A stretch of 32,321 nt of DNA from assembly GCA_913020725.1 (NCBI GenBank), contig CAJWCD010000021.1, positions 1 to 32,321 of the forward strand. The letters run 5' to 3'. Positions 23,430 through 32,321 of the stretch are shown in pieces (positions within the stretch are counted from its first letter, which is position 1; every line of letters begins with the position of its first letter). Position numbers and translations under genes: made by a program. Origin of the DNA: an uncultured Pseudomonadota bacterium. Its GTDB lineage: Bacteria; SAR324; NAC60-12. The notes under the pieces were generated by a model. The model made no database searches, was not told the DNA's origin, and worked only from the letters and a program-made list of their open reading frames with translations.

Positions 23430-26405
23430 TCATCTGAGCCAAACCCCAACCTCCGTGTGCCCACTCCGCTCGGCGAGCACCCGTGCCGTCTGTCCTTTGT
23501 GATCCTCCAACTCAGTGGTCGCTCCCGCTTCTATGAGCAAGCGCACCACCTCCACATGTCCAAGGCGGGCCGCTTCCATCAGCGCAGTGCGTCCCTCCTG
23601 GTTTACGGTGTCAACGGGCGCTCCCAAATCCAGCAACAAGGTCACCGTTTCCGGATGGTTCCGGGAAGCCGCAAGATGCAAGGGGGCGTTGCCCTCCTGC
23701 TCGACTGCGTTAACCGACAGGCCATGCTCGGCCAAAAGCTGGACTACGCTCGTGGCTCCGGAACGGGCGGCGAGATGTAGGGGGGTGTCTCCATGAAAAT
23801 CCTGAATGTCCGTGGCCACCCCAAAACGAAGCAACCGTTCCACTGTGTCACGATGCCCGCGCACTGCGGCCTCGTGGATGGCCATGCGTCGGAGCAGCAA
23901 CTCGACGGCAGCATGGCTCGCCCCCAGTTCCAGCAAAATTTGCACAACCTCTACCTGACCGTGGCGGGCCGCGAGGATCAGAGGGGTTCCACCTTCACCA
24001 TCCAAGTCAACCCCATTCCACTCCAATTCAGCCCCCTCCTTGAGCAGGAGTTCGACCACACGTCCATGCCCGTACATGGCGGCCATCGACAGTGCAGTGT
24101 GCTCTCGTTGATTCTGGAGATGCAGGTCTGCACCATTGGAGAGTAGGGCGCGGCAGATTTCGAGGTAACCCCGTGAGGCGGCAAGCATGAGGGCGGTCTG
24201 TCCCTTGTAGTTGGTGGCGTTGAGTTGGGGAGTTTCGTTGAGTAGTGTTTCCACCACTGGAAGATAGCCCCGTGAGGCAGCGAGCATGATTGGGGTATTC
24301 CCGTTATCGTCCGCTGCGCCTTCGGTGGGTTGGAGTCCGCGCTGGATGAGCCGGACCACCCGGGGATTTCCGGCCAGCACTGCATGCATCAAGGCGGTTC
24401 GTCCCCGATTGTCTATTAAGTTAGGGTCCGCGTGGTTTTCGATCAGGAGCCGAACCGTTTCCCAGTACGCGCCACGACTGGCTAGAATCAGGGCGGTCTG
24501 CTCCTGCTCTGAGCGCCAGTTGACCTCGGCCCCGTGGTTCAGCAGGAACTGGGCAATCTGGGCATGACCGCGGCTGGAAGCATGGAGGAGGCTCTGATTG
24601 AGGTCCGCTCCTTGCTGAATCAGGGTGGTTGCGGTTGGCTCGTGTCCCTGTTGGATGGCCAGCGTGAGGGCACTACGCCCGTGTTCGTCCTCCAGTCGAG
24701 GATTGGCCCCGAGTTCCAACAGCATGGATACTGCGTCCAAATGACCGAAGGTCGCAGCCCACATTAGTGGAGTACTCCCACCCGGCATGCGCTCGTTGGG
24801 GTTGGCACCACCGGTGATTAATCGCCGCAAAACCTCAACGCGCCCCTTGGTGGCCGCCCATGTCAGGGCACTCCAATACTCTTCATCCTGCTGCATGGGA
24901 TCGGCTCCGGAGGTCAGGAGCAAATCCACCGTATCTTCATGTCCACGCCCTGCGGCCAGCATGATCGCTGTCCAACCCTTGGGACCGGTACTGTTGGGAT
25001 AAGCACCTCGGCTGAGCAACAGACGTACCACTTCCGTATGCCCACGATCAGCAGCGTGCATCAACGCAGTCCAGCCCTCTAAATCCTTGGTGTTCGGAAA
25101 AATCTTGAAGCCAAGGACAAGCCGCACCATGTTCACCGATCCGGCACCGGAAGCGTAAATCAAGGATTCGTTCAGATCAACCCCGCTCGTACTCAGGATC
25201 ATCGCCACCGCACTGTTTCCAGTATCGGCGGCGTACATCCATGCTGTTTTTCCGTACTGGTCTTTCAGGTTTGGATCGGCATGGCGCTGGAGCAACAATT
25301 TGACGAGCGACAAGTCCCCGCTTTTGGCGGCGAGCATGAGGGGAGTTCGCTGCTCCCGACCAATGGTATTGGGGTCAGCTCCCTGTTTCAGCAGGAACTG
25401 CGCGATTTCCGTCAGCCTCAGTGTGGCAGCTTCGGTGATGGCCGTGTTGCCGTAGCGGTTGGCTTGGTCAAGGCTGGCCCCCTGTTTGATGAGCAAATTC
25501 AGCACGAGTACGTTCTCCCCTTGCACAGCGGCCAGCAGAGGCGGGGTGCCCTGAAAGTCCGATAAATTGGGATCAGCACCAGCAGCGAGTAGGGTTTGCA
25601 CGAGATCGGACTGGCCATCACGTGCTGCAAGAATCAGTGGGGTGCGTCCAAACTCAGATTCCTGAGTATCAAGCAGGGCACTCTGTGCGACCAGCATCCG
25701 GATCACACTCAATTGGTGACCACGAACCGCCCAGTGCAGTGCGGTTGAGCCATTCCCGGAGGGGTGGTTCGGATCAGCTCCGGAAGCAAGGAGTAGGGCA
25801 ACAACCCGAACGTGCCCGCGCTGGGAGGCGTGGTGCAGGGGAGTGAGACCCAAGTCGTCCGTAAGGTCAACCTGCACCCCAGCGGACAGCAAATGTTGGA
25901 TTACCTCCTGATGGCCGTGGTAGGCGGCAAAGGTGAGCGGACCCCAATTCTGGTTGGTGCGGGCGCTGGGGTCGGCTCCAGAATCCAACAAGAGCCGGAC
26001 GATTGTGGGTTCCCCTTCTTGGGCCGCCCGCATCAGTGCCGTGTGACCTTGCTGGTCGCTATCGTTCACCCGACCCCCACGCTCAACGAGCAGTCGCACG
26101 GTTTCCAGCGAGCCAATCCGAGATGCGAAGGCGAGCGGGGTCATGCCCTGAAACGGTTCTACTCCCCGAATGTTGATGTCCACCCCCCCCTCCAGCACCT
26201 GTTTCACAGCCTCCACGCCTTCGATGATGGCGAGCATGAGCCGCGTCCAATCGTTGCGGTTAGAGGTTGTGGCAAGAAAGTTTTGCAGACGATGATCCTG
26301 CTTGGCATCTGGCGTGGCGAAAGCAAAGGGAAGGCTGGTGACTGTCCAGAAACTTGTCCAGATCACTACCCATCCAAGTCTCTGGAGCCACAAGGAACTC
26401 TGCAT
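23430..26405 (-). CDS. Large ankyrin-repeat protein (~29 repeats), probably exported
   Basis: G.TPL..AA..G...V..LL..GA repeats along the whole length; N-terminal hydrophobic segment ending AFA; start ATG 26405, right after the ftsW stop. Confidence 0.92.
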   Translation of the reverse strand: MQSSLWLQRLGWVVIWTSFWTVTSLPFAFATPDAKQDHRLQNFLATTSNRNDWTRLMLAIIEGVEAVKQVLEGGVDINIRGVEPFQGMTPLAFASRIGSLETVRLLVERGGRVNDSDQQGHTALMRAAQEGEPTIVRLLLDSGADPSARTNQNWGPLTFAAYHGHQEVIQHLLSAGVQVDLTDDLGLTPLHHASQRGHVRVVALLLASGADPNHPSGNGSTALHWAVRGHQLSVIRMLVAQSALLDTQESEFGRTPLILAARDGQSDLVQTLLAAGADPNLSDFQGTPPLLAAVQGENVLVLNLLIKQGASLDQANRYGNTAITEAATLRLTEIAQFLLKQGADPNTIGREQRTPLMLAAKSGDLSLVKLLLQRHADPNLKDQYGKTAWMYAADTGNSAVAMILSTSGVDLNESLIYASGAGSVNMVRLVLGFKIFPNTKDLEGWTALMHAADRGHTEVVRLLLSRGAYPNSTGPKGWTAIMLAAGRGHEDTVDLLLTSGADPMQQDEEYWSALTWAATKGRVEVLRRLITGGANPNERMPGGSTPLMWAATFGHLDAVSMLLELGANPRLEDEHGRSALTLAIQQGHEPTATTLIQQGADLNQSLLHASSRGHAQIAQFLLNHGAEVNWRSEQEQTALILASRGAYWETVRLLIENHADPNLIDNRGRTALMHAVLAGNPRVVRLIQRGLQPTEGAADDNGNTPIMLAASRGYLPVVETLLNETPQLNATNYKGQTALMLAASRGYLEICRALLSNGADLHLQNQREHTALSMAAMYGHGRVVELLLKEGAELEWNGVDLDGEGGTPLILAARHGQVEVVQILLELGASHAAVELLLRRMAIHEAAVRGHRDTVERLLRFGVATDIQDFHGDTPLHLAARSGATSVVQLLAEHGLSVNAVEQEGNAPLHLAASRNHPETVTLLLDLGAPVDTVNQEGRTALMEAARLGHVEVVRLLIEAGATTELEDHKGQTARVLAERSGHTEVGVWLR

Positions 26406-26406
26406 T

Positions 26407-27522
26407 TCAGACAGGTTTGGGAGCAACAGCATTCTCAATGACGTGGCTGCTGATATTGAGCAGAATGCCGGTGAGGAAGAGAGACGTTACCAAGGAAGTC
26501 CCACCGTAGCTGATGAAGGGCAGCGGTAATCCTTTGGTGGGTAGCAGACCCGTGACAACCGAGAGATTGAAGGTGATTTGGAGACTGAGCAGGGTGGTTG
26601 CCCCAAAGGCGAGGTACTTCCCAAAGGTGTCCGGAATGTGCCACGCAATCCAATACCCCCGCCAGATGAAGAGGGTAAACAGCGTGATGAGGACACACAC
26701 CCAGAAAAACCCCAACTCCTCGCCGATGATCGCGTAGATGAAATCGGTGTGAGCATCCGGAAGGAAGAGCGCCTTCTGGCGGCTCTCTCCCAGCCCGCGT
26801 CCCAGCCAGCCTCCCGTGCCAAGGGCGATGAAGGACTGGATGATTTGGAACCCGCTGTTTTGGGGATCTTCCCACGGGTCTAAAAAGGCGAGCACCCGCC
26901 GCACGCGATAAGCGTGGGTCGCAATCAACAAGCCGCCGATCAACCCCAATCCAAGCAGGCTTCCAAAGAGATGCGAAGGACGCCCGCCTCCGACGTAGAG
27001 CATCAGCAAGACGGTGAGGGCGATCAGCACAGCGGTGCCGAAATCCGGTTGCAGCAAGACGAGGAAGAGGTAGATGCTTGTGACAATGAAGTTGGGCGTG
27101 AGCCCCCGGGAGAAGGAGGACAGCACTGCCTGTTTGCGTTCAAGGTAGGACGCGACGTAGATGATGAGGACGATCTTGAGCAATTCGGCAGGCTGAATTC
27201 CAAAATTGGCGAACCGAATCCAGCGGCGCCCGCCTTTGACCTCGGTTCCGATTCCGGGAATGAGTACCAGAATCAGCAGGATGAGCATTCCCAGCATCAG
27301 CCACGGCGAAATCCGCCGCCACTGCCGGTAGTCGAGGGAGCTTGCCAGCATCAGCCCTGCGATGCCGATGAGGAGGTGGAGCAGGTGCTTTTGGAGAAAG
27401 TAGCTGCTCTCGTGGTAACGCAAGTCGGCATAAACCGCACTCGTGCTGTACACCATGATCGTTCCCCAGCAGATCAGGAAGAACGTGACTCCGATCAAGG
27501 GCAGGTCGTAGTGCAATTTCAT
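26407..27522 (-). CDS. ftsW: SEDS peptidoglycan polymerase FtsW
   Basis: MVYSTS, KGGRRWI, QPAELLK, QPDFGT, FLDPW, GFQ.IQS, LPDAHTDFI..IIGEELG and LLPTKGLPLPFISYGGTS motifs. Confidence 0.93.
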   Translation of the reverse strand: MKLHYDLPLIGVTFFLICWGTIMVYSTSAVYADLRYHESSYFLQKHLLHLLIGIAGLMLASSLDYRQWRRISPWLMLGMLILLILVLIPGIGTEVKGGRRWIRFANFGIQPAELLKIVLIIYVASYLERKQAVLSSFSRGLTPNFIVTSIYLFLVLLQPDFGTAVLIALTVLLMLYVGGGRPSHLFGSLLGLGLIGGLLIATHAYRVRRVLAFLDPWEDPQNSGFQIIQSFIALGTGGWLGRGLGESRQKALFLPDAHTDFIYAIIGEELGFFWVCVLITLFTLFIWRGYWIAWHIPDTFGKYLAFGATTLLSLQITFNLSVVTGLLPTKGLPLPFISYGGTSLVTSLFLTGILLNISSHVIENAVAPKPV

Positions 27523-27551
27523 GGAATGCTCACAAGTGGCTGACAGCAATA

Positions 27552-27580
27552 ATTATAGCAGTCCGTCCTGTTGCTGCCAA
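27552..27580 (-). promoter_or_regulatory. Sigma70 promoter for ftsW
   Basis: TTGGCA-N17-TATAAT with an extended -10 TG, 30 bp upstream of the ftsW ATG. Confidence 0.65.
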
Positions 27581-27630
27581 TGCTGGAGATGATTCGGCAA
27601 CATAGCAAGGTCGCACAATCCACGCCAGTT

Positions 27631-28488
27631 TCAGGATCCGATCAGCCGTTCGTAAAGCCGCTCGAACTCCTCCAGCGAGTGGTAGTCGATGCGCAAAGAA
27701 CCTCGCCCATTCTGGTAAGTGAGGGCAACCCGAGTCCCGAGTATTCGCGCCAGCTCGTCCTCCAGTGCCTTGATTTCTGGACGCAGGCGAGTTGAGGGTT
27801 TTGAAGATGATCCAGAGTGCGGATCATCCGATTTCGCAGCTTGGGGAAGTCGTGTTAGCCAAGTCCGCACTTGTCGCTCGGTTTCTCGCACGTTCCAGCC
27901 ATGCCGCAGCAGCCGTTCGCGCAGATGCAGCTGGGCGGTTTCATCCGGAAGGGCAAGCAGAGCGCGGGCATGTCCAACGGTGAGCCGACCGGATTCAAGG
28001 TCGTTCTGCACGGGTGAGGTGAGGTGCAGCAACCGCATCAGGTTGGCGATCGTGGAGCGATCCTTGCCCAAACGACGGGCCAGCACCTCCTGCGTGTAGC
28101 CGTATTGCTCAATGAGTTGCCGATAGCTCCGGGCTTCTTCGATGGGTGTGAGATTTTCCCGCTGGATGTTCTCCAGCAGCGAAACTTCCAGCACGGCCTC
28201 GTCCGGAATGTTCCGGACAATCACGGGTGCATCTTCCGCATCCAGCAGCTTGAGCGCCCGCCAGCGACGTTCCCCAGCAATCAGTTCGTAATCCTCGGCT
28301 CCGGATTGGCGGACGACCAGAGGTTGTAGGACGCCTTGTGTGCGAATCGACTGCGCCAAGTGCTGAAGGGCTGCTTCCGAAAAATGCTGACGGGGCTGCT
28401 GAGGGTTGGGGATGATGCGCTCCAGTGGAACTCGTCGAAACTCTTCATTGCCGCTAGAATTTGCGACGACAGACGGGTTAGCAGACAC
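27631..28488 (-). CDS. parB: Chromosome partitioning protein ParB/Spo0J
   Basis: PNPQQPR..F, GVLQPL.VR, IAGERRWRA (CTP-binding), LLENIQRENL.PIEEA, HTH GKDRSTIAN..RLL and GHARALL; GTG start 28488. Confidence 0.93.
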   Translation of the reverse strand: MSANPSVVANSSGNEEFRRVPLERIIPNPQQPRQHFSEAALQHLAQSIRTQGVLQPLVVRQSGAEDYELIAGERRWRALKLLDAEDAPVIVRNIPDEAVLEVSLLENIQRENLTPIEEARSYRQLIEQYGYTQEVLARRLGKDRSTIANLMRLLHLTSPVQNDLESGRLTVGHARALLALPDETAQLHLRERLLRHGWNVRETERQVRTWLTRLPQAAKSDDPHSGSSSKPSTRLRPEIKALEDELARILGTRVALTYQNGRGSLRIDYHSLEEFERLYERLIGS

Positions 28489-29242
28489 GTTCGGCTCCGG
28501 AATTGGCAAGGTCAAGGTGCAGGAAGAATTCCCGGTTGCCGCTTTTCTTACCAAGGAGCGGGGATTCGCACTGGTCTAGTGTCCGGAATCCCAAGGCTTC
28601 GGCGGCGCTGCCGAGTTCGTCCAGCACACGCTCATGCACTTTGCCTTCCGCCACGCGCCCCCGCTTCCCCACTTCTGTTCGTCCTGCTTCGAACTGGGGT
28701 TTGACAAGGGCAAGCACCTGCCCTTCCGGAGTCAGAAATTCTCGAACTTTGGGCAAGAGCAGCTTCAGGGAAATAAAAGAGGCGTCAATGACCACAAGGC
28801 TGACGGCTTCGCCGATGGTTTCGTAAGCAAGATGCCGGAAGTTGGTGCGCTCCAGCACGACCACTCGGCCATCTTGTCGCAACTTCCACGCCAACTGCCC
28901 ATACCCGACATCAACCGCATACACCTTTGTGGCACCATGCTGGAGCAGGCAATCGGTGAAACCTCCGGTGGATGCTCCTACATCAAGGGTGCTCCATCCC
29001 TGCGGATTCACTTGAAAGGTGTGGAGTGCCTTTTCCAGCTTGAGTCCCCCCCGGCTGGCGTAGGGGTGATCCTGTCCGACAATTTCCACCTCAGCCGTCG
29101 CTAAAACCGCAGTTCCGGGCTTGCCCGCAGCTTCACCATTGACACGCACCCCTCCGGCCAAAACCAAGGCCCGCGCCTTCTCTCGGGTTTCGGTGAGTCC
29201 GCGTTCCACCAACAGCACATCGAGCCGACAACGCTTGGCCAT
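28478..29242 (-). CDS. tlyA: TlyA family rRNA methyltransferase
   Basis: RLD.LLV.RGL, SRGGLKL, DVGASTGGFTDCLLQ.GA, VDVG.GQL, D.SFISL and LVKPQFE motifs. Confidence 0.95.
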   Translation of the reverse strand: MAKRCRLDVLLVERGLTETREKARALVLAGGVRVNGEAAGKPGTAVLATAEVEIVGQDHPYASRGGLKLEKALHTFQVNPQGWSTLDVGASTGGFTDCLLQHGATKVYAVDVGYGQLAWKLRQDGRVVVLERTNFRHLAYETIGEAVSLVVIDASFISLKLLLPKVREFLTPEGQVLALVKPQFEAGRTEVGKRGRVAEGKVHERVLDELGSAAEALGFRTLDQCESPLLGKKSGNREFFLHLDLANSGAERVC

Positions 29243-29244
29243 GC

Positions 29245-30372
29245 CTACTTCCGATTCAGCTTCAACCGGATGACCTTCTTCCTGACTCGGTTAGTCTCCT
29301 GTTGAACATTCTCCAGCACTTGGTCCAAGCCCTCTGGAAGCTGTGGGAGGTTGTCGAGCCTAGGAAGATTTTTCGGCACAGGAGCAGGAGCTTGGGTCGG
29401 AGTGGGCCGCTTTTCCTCCGGTGCCCCCGGAGCGCCGCCGCTTGCGGGCTTTTTGGTGTCCTGCTTTTGTGCAGGTTGCTTTCCGGATTCTTTCTTGTCC
29501 GGCCCCTTTTTGGAATCCTTCTTGTCCTCTTTTTGCTTCTCCTCTTTCTTTTTCGCTTCCTCCTTCTTTTTTTCCTCCTCGCGTTTCTTCTGCTGACGCG
29601 CCTGCTCGATGGGCACGGCAGGCGGGAAGGCCACCACCTTGAAGGAGTTGGCGCTGTCCGATTGCGTGATTTCCTTCTGCAACTCCGGAGGCACCGACAC
29701 TGGCGCGGTGGGTGCCAGCCCTCGTTGCACTGTGGATGCTTGATTCTCCGGTACCGTGACCTCCACCTCTGGAGCCTCGGCAGAGGCCATCGCCACCTCT
29801 CCGGAAAGCGTCAGCAGGCTGGTCTGCCCGCTTTCGGAGCCAAGCACAAACTCGGTCCCACGCACTTCGACAATCGCTGTGACCGTGCGCACCTGAAATT
29901 TCGCTTTGCTGCCGAGCTTCTTGCCTCCGAGCTTGCCCCCAAGTTTGCCAAGCTTCCGGGTGACTTTGAACTGCGCCTTACCCGTGGGCATAGAAATCGT
30001 GGTTTCCCCGGCACTGACGCTATCGAGCGAAAAGTACGACCTCGAAGCAAGTTGTATCGTCTCCTCCCCATCCCGGATCCACACCGTGGCTTTCGAGTTC
30101 GTGCCGACTTGCACACGATCCTCCAGAGTGAGGGAAATGGGAGTCCCCACTTCGCGCAGAATTCGGACTTTGGTCCCGCGCGTGATCTTGGCGAAGCCGC
30201 GCTCGATTTGCAGCACTCCTTCCTGCGCATGAGCCAAGGACGCTCCCAGCAACACCAAGCATATCGCTAGCGCCAGTCGTTTGAGGCCGTGCTGCTCGAA
30301 GGCTGGATTGGAGAGGAGCAAGCGGTTCATGTGCGGTTTCAACAATGCCAATGCTTTTGCGGATTCTTTCAA
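29245..30372 (-). CDS. FecR-domain exported protein with Lys/Glu/Pro-rich tail
   Basis: Signal-like segment ending AHA; D.V.VG.NS.A, F.V.T.TA...VRGTEF and L.LSG.V motifs. The start may lie downstream (e.g. 30330). Confidence 0.75.
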   Translation of the reverse strand: MKESAKALALLKPHMNRLLLSNPAFEQHGLKRLALAICLVLLGASLAHAQEGVLQIERGFAKITRGTKVRILREVGTPISLTLEDRVQVGTNSKATVWIRDGEETIQLASRSYFSLDSVSAGETTISMPTGKAQFKVTRKLGKLGGKLGGKKLGSKAKFQVRTVTAIVEVRGTEFVLGSESGQTSLLTLSGEVAMASAEAPEVEVTVPENQASTVQRGLAPTAPVSVPPELQKEITQSDSANSFKVVAFPPAVPIEQARQQKKREEEKKKEEAKKKEEKQKEDKKDSKKGPDKKESGKQPAQKQDTKKPASGGAPGAPEEKRPTPTQAPAPVPKNLPRLDNLPQLPEGLDQVLENVQQETNRVRKKVIRLKLNRK

Positions 30373-30436
30373 GTTAGTACGAATGCCGATTCAAGACAAG
30401 CTGCATCGGAGGTGCAGAGTCCCGGAATCCTTGGAA

Positions 30437-32311
30437 TCAGAACACGAAGGTGGTTTGCAGGGTGTGGGTGTTCTTTACATAATCGTCGCCGACTAAGTTG
30501 CTAGACTGCCGCTGGTGCTTCAGGCTGTAGCCGAGAATGAACCAGCTTGCGATGGGGTAGCTCACTCCCAAGGTGTAGGTTTGTTGTACCTTCTTCGGGA
30601 CGACTCCAGTGGAGTCTTCGGAAGCATACGATGTTCGCACCAAGTTAATCTGTGCCGTACCCGACACTCCCAAAATCGGAACGGCCAGCTTGTAGCTGCC
30701 CTTGGTTTCGGTTTTGTCTGCGGTGGCATCGGCAAGGTCCGTGATCACCAAACCAACTGTTGTGGTGTGCTGCCAGCCCAAGGCCGGAAATTTGAGGCTC
30801 ACACTGCCGGTGTTGGCTTGTCCGTCAGCAGTGTCGTCCTCCACGTTGTCCTTGAGGCGATACTCCAGCTTGGTGGTCCACGTCATGGTCTCCGAAGGCA
30901 TGGTTTTGACGGAAAGTGTTCCGAAAGTGTTCCGCGTGTATTGCTTGTAATCTCCCGCCCAAGCGTCCCGCAAGGTGCTGGCTTGGTTGTCGTCTCGGAG
31001 GCTGATCGTGTTGCCCCCCAGCCCAAGGGTGGCTTCCGAACGCAAAACATACAGCTTCTCCACCCACTCCGTGCTGAGCTGTTTGAGGATGATTTCTTGG
31101 GACCGCAAGTCTGTTTCCTGGTAGCGGTCGCCCACCAGCAAGCTCTTGACGGCGATCCGGGAATCGTGATCCAGCGTGAAGTTGAAGCCGGGTACGAGAA
31201 TGAACGAGCTTTTGGTGCCCGTTGTTTTTGAATTTCCCGAATCCACGCTGAGGGCGTTGTCATCCGAGGCCACGCTGGCCAGCACGACCATAGTGAACGG
31301 CGGTTTGGGTTTCTCGCGCTTGACGAGATCGGTTTCCAGAAACACCACAAACTCCTCTACGTTTTCTCCAAGCACAGAGATCGCCTCCACCTCAAAGGTG
31401 TTCTCACCAGCTTCGAGCGTGTAGGGGATCGCAAAGCTCGCCTCAAAGGTTTCTTTCGGAACCACTAGGGTTTTCCCGTTGAAGGAGACGGAGCGCAACG
31501 GACTGAAGGCACTCACCTGAAAGAGGAACTCTCCCTGCGGCTCCTGCACCAAGTCCGCTGTGCGACTGAAGATCAGCAAGTCCTCAACCGCGTCCTCGGC
31601 TCCTGCTTCGATCAAGGTTGCCGGGGGGAGCCCCAGCGAAGTCGGCTTGGGCACATCCGGAAGCTCGGGGCCGGGTTCAAATCCGGGAACCGCCAGCAGT
31701 TCCGGGACTTGCAGTTCAATGGGGAGTTCCGACAGTGCAGGAATCAGCCAAGAATCCCGACTCATCTCCGGCGGGTCTGGGATGATCGGTGCCGAGTGGA
31801 CCGGAAGATAGGGATTGCGGCTGAAAAGTTGCTCGGCGAGATTCTGCACGCGACGGGTCAGTTCCCGGATGCCGCAGCCCTTGCAGAAATCCGTGACCTC
31901 TCGGCGTCGGTTGCGGGAGAACTCCATGAGCTTGAGCCGCTGAAACCTTCCGGTTTGTAGAATTTCCAAATCGAACAACCGCTCTGCCTGCAACCGATCC
32001 AGCAGGTCCAGCAGGCAGCGGTCGTCACGGCAAGCGCTGGAATGAGTGGCTTCCCGTGAGTGACTCCATTGCTCAAGTACGGTGGCTTGGGGCAAAACGG
32101 AGTACTTATGGCCAAGCTGCTGCTCCAGCACCTCCCCCAAGTGCTGAGTGGGGGTAAGTGCCAAGTTGCTACGCACGATCAACCCGCTCACCGCCCCGTA
32201 AGCATGGGCACTCAGAATGGCAACAACGGCCCCGGAAAGGAGGAGAGTGCGCAACACAGCACTTATAGTCAAAGCTACTGGTTCTAGGACACATCTTGGA
32301 CTGGGATACAA
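30437..32311 (-). CDS. Hypothetical protein with a predicted C-terminal outer-membrane beta-barrel; start uncertain
   Basis: Signal-like N-terminus, Cys-containing domain, Pro-rich linker, beta-rich domain, then amphipathic strands ending in terminal Phe (LQTTFVF). Confidence 0.65.
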   Translation of the reverse strand: MYPSPRCVLEPVALTISAVLRTLLLSGAVVAILSAHAYGAVSGLIVRSNLALTPTQHLGEVLEQQLGHKYSVLPQATVLEQWSHSREATHSSACRDDRCLLDLLDRLQAERLFDLEILQTGRFQRLKLMEFSRNRRREVTDFCKGCGIRELTRRVQNLAEQLFSRNPYLPVHSAPIIPDPPEMSRDSWLIPALSELPIELQVPELLAVPGFEPGPELPDVPKPTSLGLPPATLIEAGAEDAVEDLLIFSRTADLVQEPQGEFLFQVSAFSPLRSVSFNGKTLVVPKETFEASFAIPYTLEAGENTFEVEAISVLGENVEEFVVFLETDLVKREKPKPPFTMVVLASVASDDNALSVDSGNSKTTGTKSSFILVPGFNFTLDHDSRIAVKSLLVGDRYQETDLRSQEIILKQLSTEWVEKLYVLRSEATLGLGGNTISLRDDNQASTLRDAWAGDYKQYTRNTFGTLSVKTMPSETMTWTTKLEYRLKDNVEDDTADGQANTGSVSLKFPALGWQHTTTVGLVITDLADATADKTETKGSYKLAVPILGVSGTAQINLVRTSYASEDSTGVVPKKVQQTYTLGVSYPIASWFILGYSLKHQRQSSNLVGDDYVKNTHTLQTTFVF

Positions 32312-32321
32312 ACAGCTAATT

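Noticed and set aside
30369..30392. Second sigma28 promoter TCAAG...GCCGATTC
   Set aside because: Spacing is 3 bp too short and it points antisense to the local genes.

Overview
GC-rich bacterial chromosomal segment. Gene style suggests a deltaproteobacterial/SAR324-like organism, but this is inference only. Most of it is housekeeping: ctaA, DUF420, an HDAC-family deacetylase, ispH, plant-type dapA, fapA, rluB, rnc, tatD, plsY, lnt, ftsW, parB and tlyA. One AT-rich accessory island (~3955-7180) holds a decayed integron: an intI pseudogene (frameshift plus in-frame loss of the catalytic core), an attI region made of ~40-bp palindromic tandem units, two complete cassettes (GNAT; Gfo/Idh/MocA) with clear attC sites, and the stub of a third. 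Two different unannotated MITEs bracket the island: 143 bp with an 8-bp target duplication, and 180 bp with a TA duplication. Other notable items: one motA with two motB paralogues that share a near-identical CxxC-bearing N-terminus and Na+-type signatures; a near-consensus sigma28 promoter ahead of an unknown membrane protein-MoxR-plsY-NCKX-like exchanger gene run; a ~29-repeat, probably exported ankyrin protein next to ftsW; and an outer-membrane barrel/FecR-domain pair. I found no rRNA, tRNA or CRISPR array. All product calls come from motif recognition, not database searches.
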